Shown here: one piece after another, positions 55,224 to 64,000 of the stretch
Position numbering within the stretch: position 1 is the stretch's first letter
Layout: each line of letters begins with the position of its first letter
NCBI RefSeq assembly: GCF_944388365.1
Contig: NZ_CALXIN010000001.1
Coordinates: 24,776 to 88,775, forward strand
Source: an uncultured Negativibacillus sp.
GTDB lineage: Bacteria > Bacillota > Clostridia > Oscillospirales > Ruminococcaceae
DNA length: 64,000 bases
Reading direction: 5' to 3'
Translations under genes and position numbers: made by a program
The notes under the pieces: model-generated
Told to the model about the DNA's origin: nothing
Databases searched by the model: none
The model's input: only the letters and a program-made list of their open reading frames with translations

Positions 55224-55441
55224 AAAAAACAATCCTTTCGTCTTTCATCTTTACCGGTGGCAGTAACACACGACCGGAGTTATTCACACGATTTCCTATT
55301 ATAGCACAGTTTGCAGAAAAGACAATGAAAGAAAGCAAGCTGTCGGAAGTTCTGTAAAAATGGGTAAAAACGCTCTTGTGAGCATTGCGGTGATTGTGTA
55401 TAATGGTAGACAAAAAAGATGTATTGATGAGGAGGAGCAGC

Positions 55442-56047
55442 ATGTCAAAAGTATTCTGGAAGGGTTCGACCCTGCTGGCACCGGTTTCGCCGACAATGGT
55501 CAGCTGTGGTACCGAAGAAAAACCCAATATCATCACCATTGCCTGGACAGGTATTGTCAATTCCAATCCGCCGATGACCTATATCTCGGTTCGTCCCAGC
55601 CGGTATTCCTATGATCTGATTAAGGAGAGCGGAGAGTTTGTCATCAACCTGACTCCGTCCAAACTGGTCCGTCAGGCGGACTGGTGCGGCGTTAAAAGCG
55701 GCAGGGACGTCGATAAATTTAAAGAGTGCCGTCTGACCCCAGGCAAGGCAAATCAGGTGTCGGTGCCGCTGATCCAGGAGTGCCCGATCAATCTGGAATG
55801 CAAGGTAAAGAGCATCACGCCGCTTGGCAGCCACGATATGTTCCTGGCAGAGATCGTCGGTGTGGACATCGACGAGGAGTATCTGGACGAGGATGGCAAA
55901 CTGCACATGGAGCAGTGCGGACTGGCGTCCTATATGCATGGAGAGTATTTCGCACCAGGCAAGAAGGTGGGCAGCTTTGGATACAGCGTGCGCAAGCGTC
56001 CAAAGCGCAAACCGGAGGCAAAAAATAAGAAGTCAAAGAAAAAATAA
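55442..56047 (+). CDS. Flavin reductase-like FMN-binding protein with a Lys-rich tail
   Basis: 'LLAPVSPTMVSCGTEEKPNIITIAWTG', typical of the flavin reductase-like FMN-binding family. GAGGAGG RBS. Ends 'RKRPKRKPEAKNKKSKKK'. Confidence 0.78.
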   Translation: MSKVFWKGSTLLAPVSPTMVSCGTEEKPNIITIAWTGIVNSNPPMTYISVRPSRYSYDLIKESGEFVINLTPSKLVRQADWCGVKSGRDVDKFKECRLTPGKANQVSVPLIQECPINLECKVKSITPLGSHDMFLAEIVGVDIDEEYLDEDGKLHMEQCGLASYMHGEYFAPGKKVGSFGYSVRKRPKRKPEAKNKKSKKK

Positions 56048-56075
56048 TTTTTTTCAAAAAAATTGAAAAAAGGTG

Positions 56076-56104
56076 TTGACAGATGCGAATCTCGATGCTA
56101 TAAT
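56076..56104 (+). promoter_or_regulatory. Consensus sigma-A promoter of tRNA-Leu
   Basis: TTGACA, 17 nt, TATAAT, preceded by an A/T-rich UP-like tract. Confidence 0.7.
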
Positions 56105-56118
56105 AATACTCGTGATTC

Positions 56119-56205
56119 GCGGATATGGCGGAATTGGCAGACGCGCTAGATTCAGGTTCTAGTGAGGTTAAACTCATACAGGTTCAAGTCCTGCTATCCG
56201 CACCA
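56119..56205 (+). tRNA. tRNA-Leu (anticodon CAG), encoded CCA end
   Basis: Cloverleaf by hand. Acceptor stem is GCGGATA/TATCCGC. The anticodon stem CTAGA/TCTAG carries the loop TTCAGGT. It has a long variable arm and a T-arm with GGTTCAAGTCC. Confidence 0.9.
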
Positions 56206-56250
56206 CAAAAAAGAGAGTTCCAACCGAAAGGTTGGGACTCTTCTTTTTTT
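56206..56250 (+). terminator. Rho-independent terminator
   Basis: aagagagttccaacc-gaaa-ggttgggactctt followed by ctttttttt. Confidence 0.8.
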
Positions 56251-56427
56251 GTCCTGGAGTGGTCAGGACCTGAGCATTGGAAGTTTTACGGTTTTGCAAA
56301 AGCAAAATTGTGCCGGTCCGATATAGCACAAAGAAAAACGCTTCGACCAATCGGTCGGGGCATTTTTGTTGTCCGAAAATAAAATGTCTAATGTGTTGCT
56401 ATAGAGAAAAAGGTGGTTTGTCTGGAC

Positions 56428-56838
56428 ATGAAGAAAACCGTTGCAGCGATACTGGGGTATCTGATCATGGCGGCGCTGGTTCTGCTGGTTTTGGCAGGCG
56501 TGATTCTGGGAATAGTAGTCTTGATGCGTTTTTTTGGATTTACCTACGAGTCACTGGGAAGTTTGTTATTGTTCTTTATGGTGGTTATGGTACTGGGTTT
56601 TCCATTGGAACTGGTTTCCAAAGCGTTGCCCAAAGCCCTTTTGGGTCAGGGAAAGCTCAGTCTCAACCAAGCCAGAGGAATGTTTGTGCTCATGGATAGC
56701 CTTTCCACAATAACAGTTATGAGAATTGCGGATGAACAGATGAGTAGAATCTATGCCAGTGACGCTTCCGTGCTAGTGGCAGCACTGGCAATGGCACTTT
56801 TATTGATGAATGATTTGAACCAAGACAAAGCAGGATAG
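56428..56838 (+). CDS. Small membrane protein (YrvL-like?)
   Basis: Two or three TM helices at the N-terminus. The family assignment is tentative. Confidence 0.45.
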   Translation: MKKTVAAILGYLIMAALVLLVLAGVILGIVVLMRFFGFTYESLGSLLLFFMVVMVLGFPLELVSKALPKALLGQGKLSLNQARGMFVLMDSLSTITVMRIADEQMSRIYASDASVLVAALAMALLLMNDLNQDKAG

Positions 56839-56941
56839 TCAGAAACATAATGAATAATTGACATTTAACTGGTGTTTTGCTATACTTGCAAAAATCCTTT
56901 CGCATTGCGGGAAGGAATCAAATCTTACAGGAGGGAAGGTT

Positions 56942-57463
56942 ATGAGCAGATTACAACTGGTTCTGCCGACAGAACAACACAAACAGGCGATATGGGACTA
57001 TCGCGAGGAATTTTTGAATCATCACGACAGCATGGATGGCACAGGCGGTCTTGCTGACGCACAGAGTTTTGAAGAGTGGTATCAGAATAATGTCAATAAC
57101 CGCACAGAGGAAACGGTTCGTGCGGGACTGGTTCCTGCGACGACCTTCCTGGGCATAGAGCAGGAGAACGGAAAGCTGGTGGGAATGATCGACATTCGCC
57201 ATCGACTCAATGAATTTCTGCTGAGGTTCGGTGGAAACATCGGATACAGTGTGCGTCCGTCCTGCCGCAGAAATGGATATGCAACCGAGATGCTCTCTCT
57301 GGCGCTGGAGGAATGCCGCAAACTGGGGCTGGAAAAAGCACTGGTGACCTGCGACAAAGAGAATATCGGTTCGGCAAAGACGATTTTACACAACGGCGGT
57401 GTTCTGGAAAACGAGGTGCCGGAAGGGGACCGAGTTACCCAGCGATACTGGATCACATTGTAA
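56942..57463 (+). CDS. GNAT-family acetyltransferase
   Basis: 'IGYSVRPSCRRNGYATEMLSLALEECRKLG...ILHNGG'. AGGAGGGAAGG RBS. Confidence 0.72.
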   Translation: MSRLQLVLPTEQHKQAIWDYREEFLNHHDSMDGTGGLADAQSFEEWYQNNVNNRTEETVRAGLVPATTFLGIEQENGKLVGMIDIRHRLNEFLLRFGGNIGYSVRPSCRRNGYATEMLSLALEECRKLGLEKALVTCDKENIGSAKTILHNGGVLENEVPEGDRVTQRYWITL

Positions 57464-57468
57464 AAAGT

Positions 57469-57508
57469 AAAAAAACGGGGTGCAGTTTTATAAACTGCAC
57501 CCCGTTTG
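57469..57508. terminator. Bidirectional terminator
   Basis: acggggtgcagtt...aactgcaccccgt flanked by A and T runs. Confidence 0.75.
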
Positions 57509-57511
57509 ATG

Positions 57512-58294
57512 TTACAGGATGGAAATTGGTTCTTTTCTTGGCTCCTGGAAGTTTGCCAGGCACCAGGCGACCGAACCTTGAAACGCTTCGGAGGTGAAGG
57601 CCTTGGAGCCGAGCGGACACAGACGGACGCAGGACAGGCATTTCAGGCACTTGCTGGCATCCACTTTGCCAGGGTCCTGCGGGTCGATGGCGCCAACCGG
57701 ACAATTTTTCACGCAGAGGCCGCATTTGATGCAGCCGTTGGTGTTTTCCGGCGCCATCGGTGCGGAAGGTTTGCGCTCCCTGTAGGGACGATTGCCTGGA
57801 ATTTTGCCTTTTTCCAGCGGCTGTACCGGCGCTTCGAGCTTGCCGGCGAGCTGTTTGCCAAACTCTTTTGCCCAGACAAGGTCCTGTGCATCCGGACGAC
57901 CGGTGGCAATCTTGGTGGTGTAGGAGTGTTCACCCAAGCAGGCAGCTGCTGCAGTGACAACAAAGCCCTGTTCGGTCATCAGATCCTCCATCTCGACAAG
58001 GCAGTCATCAAAATGACGGTTGCCATAGACGGCAACGACAGCACAGCCGGTCTGGGTTGCGGTGACGTGCTGCTGGATGTATTCGCGCACCAGCAGCGGC
58101 ATCAGGCCGCCATAAACCGGACAGCCAAAGATAACGAAGTCATCCTGGTCAAAGTGCAGATCCTGCTGACGGTTCTGCGGCAGGGTGAAATCTACCTCAG
58201 TGACAGGACAGCCCATTCCTTCGGCGATAGCACGCAGATTTTTCTGGGTGGTTTTGGTGCTGCTGAAATAAAGCAGTGTGACCTTTTTTAACAT
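57512..58294 (-). CDS. Flavodoxin-like domain fused to a 2x[4Fe-4S] ferredoxin domain (EFR1-type)
   Basis: 'VTLLYFSSTKTTQKN' plus 'CIKCGLCVKNCPVGAI' and 'CLKCLSCVRLCP'. Confidence 0.75.
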   Translation of the reverse strand: MLKKVTLLYFSSTKTTQKNLRAIAEGMGCPVTEVDFTLPQNRQQDLHFDQDDFVIFGCPVYGGLMPLLVREYIQQHVTATQTGCAVVAVYGNRHFDDCLVEMEDLMTEQGFVVTAAAACLGEHSYTTKIATGRPDAQDLVWAKEFGKQLAGKLEAPVQPLEKGKIPGNRPYRERKPSAPMAPENTNGCIKCGLCVKNCPVGAIDPQDPGKVDASKCLKCLSCVRLCPLGSKAFTSEAFQGSVAWCLANFQEPRKEPISIL

Positions 58295-58333
58295 GGCAAA
58301 AGCCTCCTTACAATAAGTCCTTCTTCTCTATTG

Positions 58334-59995
58334 TCATCGCAATGCGACAGCATTCTTAAAAATGACCTTTCCGCCGTAGGGATAAAAGTCGATTCCAGAC
58401 ACATCCTTGCCGAGCACAAAGTAGTTTTTTTCCACCAGCAATGGAAAAGCGACCGCATCATCGAGCAGCATGGTTTCGGCCTGCACATATTGATTGAGAA
58501 TCTGCTGGCTGTCGTGAGAACTGCCGAGCGAGGAAAGAATAGTATCAAATTCGGTGTTCTTATAAAAGGAGATATTGGAAGTAGAAGAGGAAGTAAAACG
58601 GTTGAGAATATCTGCAGGGGTATTTGCCGAAGCCTCCAGAGGAACCAGAGCGACCTGGTAGTCGCCGATGCTCAGGCGGGAGGAAAGTTCGTCGCGGCTG
58701 ACCTCCTCAATATTGACCGAAATGGCCAGCACGCTCTGCCATGCCTGCTGCAGCAGACCGCACATCTCAGGGATGTTGCTGTCCTCTGGAACCAGAAGCT
58801 GGATCTTGCGCAGTGTATCGGCCTCCAGTTCGTCCATACCGGCACGATAGGTGTTATAGGCTGCCTGTGGGTCATAGGTATTGACGGTCGAGACGCTGGT
58901 CTGCTCGGTGTAGGAATCGGTATACAGTGTGATCGCAGGTGGAATCAGGCGGTCGTATATACGCAGATTTTCCTGCCCGTTTTCCCGCAAAAAGTTTTCC
59001 AGCGTTGTCCGGTCGATGGCGCGGATAAATCCTTCGCGCACCTGTTGATTGCAGAAAGCAGTATGGGTCTGGTTAAATACCAGCGCCCACACGACATTTT
59101 CGGTTTCTTCACAGGTCATGCCAGCTTCCTTGGCCTGGCGATACTGATTGTAATCGGCAATACAGCAGTCGGCGCTGCCCTCCATGAGCAGGGAAAAGCG
59201 GGTAGGAGCCTGTTCTCCTCGTGCTTCCTGTGCACTGGTCAGAACATCACGATCCATATACAGATAGATGCCAGGAGTCTGCACCGATGCGGCATCGTAG
59301 TAGTTTTCGTTCTTTTTCAGATAGACGCGGTTGCCGTTTTCCCACTGCATGAGATAGAACGGGCCGTTGGAATAGGTTTCTTTGATGGTTGCACCATATT
59401 TTCCGTTTGCATTGTTAAACAGCTTTTCACTGCACGGCATTGCCGAGGAATGGGCAAGGTTTTCCAAAAAGGAAGGGTCGGCATAGTCCAGCGTAAACTG
59501 GACGGTCAAATCGTCCAGAGCCTGCACACCGAGCTGATCCTCCGACAGTTCACCGGCCAGCACCTGCTGGCTGTTGTGGATGGAAGAGTAAAGCGAAGCA
59601 AATGGAGAAGGGTAGATGTTATTAAAGATGCGCTGGAAGGCAAACACAAAGTCATGTGCTGTCACCGGAGTGTTGTCGGCGTCATCCCAGACCATTCCTT
59701 CTCGAAGGTGAAAGGTGTATATCTTCTGGTCATCGGAAACCTCATATCCGTTGATGACTCCGTTTTCCAGATCGCCGGAAGGAAGCTGACACATCAGACC
59801 TTCCATCATATTATAGATAATTAACTGTTCGTTTTCGCTGTCTGCAAACTGCGGGTCCAGGCTGTCTGCACTGCCTGAAATATCATAGCGAATCAGCGAT
59901 GGGCTGGTGCCGCAGGCTGTCAATGAAAGAACAATAAGAAGGGTTGCCATGAAAACACACCATGTTCGAACAAGGCGGTAAATCCGATAACTCAA
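58334..59995 (-). CDS. ABC-transporter family-5 (peptide/nickel type) solute-binding lipoprotein, orphan
   Basis: Lipobox 'LSLTAC'. About 550 aa with an OppA/DppA-like layout. No permease or ATPase genes adjacent. Confidence 0.75.
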   Translation of the reverse strand: MSYRIYRLVRTWCVFMATLLIVLSLTACGTSPSLIRYDISGSADSLDPQFADSENEQLIIYNMMEGLMCQLPSGDLENGVINGYEVSDDQKIYTFHLREGMVWDDADNTPVTAHDFVFAFQRIFNNIYPSPFASLYSSIHNSQQVLAGELSEDQLGVQALDDLTVQFTLDYADPSFLENLAHSSAMPCSEKLFNNANGKYGATIKETYSNGPFYLMQWENGNRVYLKKNENYYDAASVQTPGIYLYMDRDVLTSAQEARGEQAPTRFSLLMEGSADCCIADYNQYRQAKEAGMTCEETENVVWALVFNQTHTAFCNQQVREGFIRAIDRTTLENFLRENGQENLRIYDRLIPPAITLYTDSYTEQTSVSTVNTYDPQAAYNTYRAGMDELEADTLRKIQLLVPEDSNIPEMCGLLQQAWQSVLAISVNIEEVSRDELSSRLSIGDYQVALVPLEASANTPADILNRFTSSSTSNISFYKNTEFDTILSSLGSSHDSQQILNQYVQAETMLLDDAVAFPLLVEKNYFVLGKDVSGIDFYPYGGKVIFKNAVALR

Positions 59996-60334
59996 GAGAA
60001 ACGCTCTCCTTTGTAATGAAAGTTTAAAACATACATTTTCCAGTATAAAAAGCCGCTGTATCTCATGAAATCAAGATTGAACACAGGCGGCAGACAAAAT
60101 CAGACAATATATGATAGGGGTACGATTTAGTTTATCATGCTCAAAAAATAAATTCAATTCCAATATTATGAACCTTCCCGTAATTCGTGTTTTTTTGCGG
60201 TTTTTCATCAAAATTTCTGAAATTTTACGGTTTATCTTGCAATCCAGAAGCGTGGATGATACTATTATTCCATTAAAGCGATGAATATGAAGGCGCTTTA
60301 TTTGCTGTGTCACCTGTGTAATAGAGAGGATTGT

Positions 60335-62425
60335 ATGAAGATGAACATTGAAGAAATTTTTGGCATCCGCGCATTTGACGATGCCGCCATGAAAAAGCGA
60401 CTGCCTAAACGTGTTTATGAAAGCCTGTCCCGCACCCGTCGACTGGGAGAAAATCTGGACCCCAGCATCGCGGATGTTGTCGCCTGCGCCATGAAGGATT
60501 GGGCGATTGAGCAGGGAGCAACCCACTATTCCCATTGGTTCCAGCCGATGAACAACTTTACCGCAGGTAAGCACGATGCCTTTTTATCCACCACCGATGG
60601 CGATGGACGCATCTCGCTGGAATTTTCCAGCAAGGCTTTGATCCGCGGCGAGGCAGACTCTTCCTCCTTCCCATCCGGCGGTCTGCGTGCGACCTTTGAG
60701 GCAAGAGGCTACACCACCTGGGACCCGACCTCTCCGGCCTTTGTCCGCGACGGCACTCTGTTTATTCCGACAGCATTCTGTTCCTATAACGGCGAGGCAC
60801 TGGATGCCAAAACACCGCTGCTGCGTTCGATGCAGGCAGTTTCCCGCGAAGGTGTGCGTCTTCTGCGCGCATTGGGCAATGACACCGTCAGCAAGGTCAC
60901 GCCGATGGTGGGTGCTGAGCAGGAATACTTCCTGGTCGACTACAACCTGTACAATCAGCGCCTGGACCTGAAAATCTGCGGTCGAACCCTCTTTGGAGCA
61001 AAGCCTTCCAAGGGACAGGAGCTGGATGACCACTACTGCGGACGCATCCGCATCCGTGTGGGCGAATTTATGCAGGACCTGGACAAGAACCTGTGGGAGA
61101 TGGGAATTGCCAGCAAAACAAAGCACAACGAAGCTGCGCCTGCACAGCACGAGCTGGCGCCGGAATACTCCACAGCCAATATCGCCTGCGACCACAACCA
61201 GCTGATCATGGAAACCATGCGCACCATCAGCAAAAAACACGGTCTGGCCTGCCTGCTGCATGAAAAGCCGTTTGCCAACATCAACGGCTCGGGCAAGCAC
61301 AACAACTATTCGCTGTGCACCGACACCGGAGAAAATCTGCTCAAACCAGGAAAAAACCCTGAAAATAACTTGCAGTTCCTGCTGGTACTGTGTGCATTTC
61401 TGCGCGGCGTCGATCTGTATGCTGATCTGCTGCGTATGTCCGCCGCCTGTGCAGGAAACGACCATCGTCTGGGCGGCTGTGAGGCACCTCCGCCGATCAT
61501 CTCGATGTTCCTGGGCAATCATCTGACCTCGATTCTTCAGAACATTGCAAAAGGCGATAGCCCCGACAGCATCGTTCATCAGGAGATGGACATCGGTGTC
61601 GATGCAATCCCTTCCTTTACCAAAGACGAAACCGACCGCAACCGTACTTCACCCTTTGCCTTTACCGGAAACAAGTTTGAGTTCCGCATGGTTGGTTCTT
61701 CTCAGTCTCTGGCATATTCTGAAGTAGTGCTCAACACCATCCTGGCAGATTCGTTCCACGCCTTTGCAGAGCGTCTGGAACAGGTGGAGGACACCGACGA
61801 GGAGATTCGCAACATCATCCGCGACACCATGCACGAGCATGGACGCATCATTTACAACGGAAACAACTATTCTCAGACCTGGGTGGAGGAAGCGATCCGC
61901 CGTGGACTGCCGATTCTGCGCACCTCTGCCGAGGCGTTCCGCACCCTGACCGATCCAAAGAACATTCAGCTGTTCGATCAGTACCGTGTATTCTCTCCAA
62001 AGGAGACAGCGGCACGCTATGAGATTCAGCTGGAAAACTACATTCATGTCATCCAGATCGAGGCTTCGACCATGCTGGAGATTGCAAAACGGCAGATCAT
62101 CCCAAGCTGCATCAAGTACAGCGGCAAGATTGCGCAGAGCCTGCACGAGATTTCGGCCTGCGGTATGACACCGAAACGGATTCAGAACCATCTGGAGACG
62201 GTCACCGAATCGGTGGAGAGCATCATGGCGCTGACCGATGAGCTGGAAAGTGCGTTGAACCGCTCCGGCAGCTTTGAGGACCTGTATCAGCGTGCGCAGT
62301 ATATGGCAGGAGAGATCAGCGAGGCGATGAGCAGACTGCGTGCCCGCTGCGATGCGCTGGAAACCATCGTCGATCAGAAGGACTGGCCGATGCCAACCTA
62401 CACCGACCTTCTGCACCGCATCTAA
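60335..62425 (+). CDS. glnN: Glutamine synthetase type III
   Basis: About 697 aa. 'HYSHWFQPM', 'KHNEAAPAQHELAPEY', 'NGSGKHNNYS'. The length and motifs fit GSIII rather than GSI. Confidence 0.88.
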   Translation: MKMNIEEIFGIRAFDDAAMKKRLPKRVYESLSRTRRLGENLDPSIADVVACAMKDWAIEQGATHYSHWFQPMNNFTAGKHDAFLSTTDGDGRISLEFSSKALIRGEADSSSFPSGGLRATFEARGYTTWDPTSPAFVRDGTLFIPTAFCSYNGEALDAKTPLLRSMQAVSREGVRLLRALGNDTVSKVTPMVGAEQEYFLVDYNLYNQRLDLKICGRTLFGAKPSKGQELDDHYCGRIRIRVGEFMQDLDKNLWEMGIASKTKHNEAAPAQHELAPEYSTANIACDHNQLIMETMRTISKKHGLACLLHEKPFANINGSGKHNNYSLCTDTGENLLKPGKNPENNLQFLLVLCAFLRGVDLYADLLRMSAACAGNDHRLGGCEAPPPIISMFLGNHLTSILQNIAKGDSPDSIVHQEMDIGVDAIPSFTKDETDRNRTSPFAFTGNKFEFRMVGSSQSLAYSEVVLNTILADSFHAFAERLEQVEDTDEEIRNIIRDTMHEHGRIIYNGNNYSQTWVEEAIRRGLPILRTSAEAFRTLTDPKNIQLFDQYRVFSPKETAARYEIQLENYIHVIQIEASTMLEIAKRQIIPSCIKYSGKIAQSLHEISACGMTPKRIQNHLETVTESVESIMALTDELESALNRSGSFEDLYQRAQYMAGEISEAMSRLRARCDALETIVDQKDWPMPTYTDLLHRI

Positions 62426-62443
62426 TAAAGTAATAAAGAGCAT

Positions 62444-62479
62444 AAAAAAACTCCGCCGGAACTTCCGGCGGAGTTTTTT
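62444..62479. terminator. Bidirectional terminator
   Basis: aaaaaaactccgccgga-ac-ttccggcggagtttttt. Confidence 0.8.
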
Positions 62480-62501
62480 GCTGCCGTTTTGGAAAAACAG
62501 G

Positions 62502-63350
62502 TTACAGGGCATTTGCGATGTCGGCAAACTGCTGCATCGAAAGCTGTTCGGCGCGCAGATTGGAGGCGACGCCAGCGCGGTTGAGCAACTCAGTAGCCTG
62601 CGCTTTGCTGATGCCAAGACCCGAGGAGAGGGTATTGGCCAGCGTCTTTCGGCGTTGGGAAAAGGCGGCCTTGACCACGCGGAAGAAGTTTTCTTCCTTA
62701 TCGACCTGGACGGCAGGCTCCTTGCGGATGTCCAGACGGATGACAGTGGAGTCGACATCAGGAGCAGGCATAAAGGAACCGCGGGACACCTGGAACAGCA
62801 CCTGTGGTTCACAGTAGTAGCGGACTGCGATGGAAACTGCACCGACTTCGCGGCTGCCTGGCAGCGCACAGATGCGCTGGGCGGCTTCCTTCTGCACCAT
62901 GACGGTCAGCGAGGAGATAGGCAGGCGGGATTCCAGCAGATTCATAATGATCGGCGAGGTGATGTAATAGGGAAGATTTGCACAGACGGCCACCGGCATA
63001 TTGGGAAATTCCTCGGCGATCAGCTGGTGCAGATCCACCTTCAGGACATCCTGATTGACGATTTTGATATTGTCAAATTCCGCAAGGGTTTCGTCGAGGA
63101 TAGGCAGCAGGCGGCTGTCGATCTCGATGCAGACCACCTTGTCGGCGCGGCTGGCAAGCTCGGCGGTCAGCACTCCGACGCCGGCTCCAATTTCGATCAT
63201 TCCCCAACCTGGCTGGGCATTGCCCATCTCCGCCATACGAGGACAGACGGTGGGATTGATCAGAAAGTTTTGCCCCAGACCCTTGGAAAAGGAAAATCCG
63301 TGGCGGGAAAGGACATCCCGAATGACCGAGATGTTGGACAGGTTTTCCAT
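62502..63350 (-). CDS. rsmA: 16S rRNA (adenine1518/1519-N6)-dimethyltransferase RsmA/KsgA
   Basis: 'KGLGQNFLINP', 'MIEIGAGVGVLT', 'ANLPYYITSPI'. Confidence 0.93.
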   Translation of the reverse strand: MENLSNISVIRDVLSRHGFSFSKGLGQNFLINPTVCPRMAEMGNAQPGWGMIEIGAGVGVLTAELASRADKVVCIEIDSRLLPILDETLAEFDNIKIVNQDVLKVDLHQLIAEEFPNMPVAVCANLPYYITSPIIMNLLESRLPISSLTVMVQKEAAQRICALPGSREVGAVSIAVRYYCEPQVLFQVSRGSFMPAPDVDSTVIRLDIRKEPAVQVDKEENFFRVVKAAFSQRRKTLANTLSSGLGISKAQATELLNRAGVASNLRAEQLSMQQFADIANAL

Positions 63351-63501
63351 GAAAAGCTCCTTTCAGATGGAAATTCATTTGGAACAAATTCGTTTATGGC
63401 CTCTATTATAGCACAAAAATCCCCTCCGGCAGAGGATGTTTACAAAAAAGTGTGGGAAGTACACAGAAAACATACGCTGTATTCGGAGGGGAAAAGGGGG
63501 C

Positions 63502-63711
63502 TTATTGCTGTTCTCTCTCGAGAATGACCAGATAATTGCCGGCACCAGGAACGTTCATCTGCGGCTCCAGAATCTGTTTTAATCTCCATCCGCTCTGTGC
63601 TTCCGAGCCGATGACACGGGCACAGACCTTGTAAAGAGAAGGAGCATTGGCAGCATCGTTGCCATCCAGAGTGGATGGGATCTCGACAAATTTGTATTCG
63701 TATTTGTTCAT
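63502..63711 (-). CDS. DUF4177-like small protein
   Basis: 69 aa, 'MNKYEYKFVEI...GWRLKQIL'. Confidence 0.5.
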   Translation of the reverse strand: MNKYEYKFVEIPSTLDGNDAANAPSLYKVCARVIGSEAQSGWRLKQILEPQMNVPGAGNYLVILEREQQ

Positions 63712-63741
63712 AGGAAAAACCTCCTGTTTTTTGTTGTGGGT

Positions 63742-64000
63742 TTAATAACTTAAATTCATGGGTCCAAAGCCCTTGGGAAGCAGCTGCGCAAGGGTATACG
63801 CCTTATAGTGTTCCGCGTCGGAGGCGCAGAATACCAGAAAGGTCTGCGGGTTGCAAAATTCCATCATGACCTGACGGCAGACACCGCAGGGAGTGGTGAT
63901 AGGCAAAACGTCGGCATCCTGCCGTCCGCCGGCGACCGCCATACAGATAAATTCCCGTTTGCCCTCGGACACCGCTTTGAAAAAGGCGGTGCGTTCGGCG
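63742..64000 (-). CDS. cdd: Cytidine deaminase, C-terminal part (5' end lies outside the window)
   Basis: Zinc-ligand motif 'PCGVCRQVMMEF'. The frame stays open to the window edge ('AERTAFFKAVSEGKREF'). Confidence 0.8.
   Translation of the reverse strand, partial: AERTAFFKAVSEGKREFICMAVAGGRQDADVLPITTPCGVCRQVMMEFCNPQTFLVFCASDAEHYKAYTLAQLLPKGFGPMNLSY

Noticed and set aside
59996-60334. The 340-bp region upstream of glnN, considered as a nitrogen-responsive riboswitch or GlnR/TnrA operator.
   Set aside because: Only a plausible promoter (TTGCAA-17-TACTAT) and a short hairpin were seen. No TGTNAN7TNACA box or recognisable riboswitch core could be identified by eye.

Overview
This window is the replication-origin region of a Firmicutes (Clostridia-like) chromosome. 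One arm reads (noc/parB)-rsmG-mnmG-mnmE-GNAT-jag-yidC-yidD-rnpA-rpmH on the minus strand. The other reads dnaA-dnaN-yaaA-recF-remB-gyrB-(2 small membrane genes)-gyrA on the plus strand. A bipartite oriC flanks dnaA. The remaining ~42 kb mixes housekeeping genes (murD, rplM-rpsI, rny, T-box-controlled nudix-thrS, thiI-nifS, glnN type III, rsmA, cdd, one tRNA-Leu) with accessory genes: a GNAT cluster, LysR plus a 7alpha-HSDH-like SDR, a MATE pump, an orphan solute-binding protein and flavoproteins.

The most unusual content is a convergent pair of paralogous giant ORFs at 40282-47387. Each joins a cytoplasmic CinA-like module, one TM helix and an intact class-B sortase domain to a different extracellular passenger (SpoIID domain versus five Big_2 Ig-like domains). 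I know of no characterised equivalent.

Other points worth a second look:
- an in-frame TAA splitting mnmE
- a glutaredoxin-like gene that is only complete if an in-frame UGA in a U-x-x-C motif is read as selenocysteine (candidate SECIS hairpin downstream)
- an AT-rich islet with two paralogous ribbon-helix-helix genes and a perfectly duplicated 36-nt terminator
- a translationally coupled esterase / HxxxD-acyltransferase / zinc-ribbon membrane protein operon
- a near-consensus parS next to a lone ParB/Noc gene
- a DnaA-trio-like (CTA)n unwinding element between dnaA and dnaN

The many very long antisense ORFs in the track are codon-complementary mirror ORFs and are rejected. All calls rest on reading motifs in the supplied translations and sequence; no database search was run.
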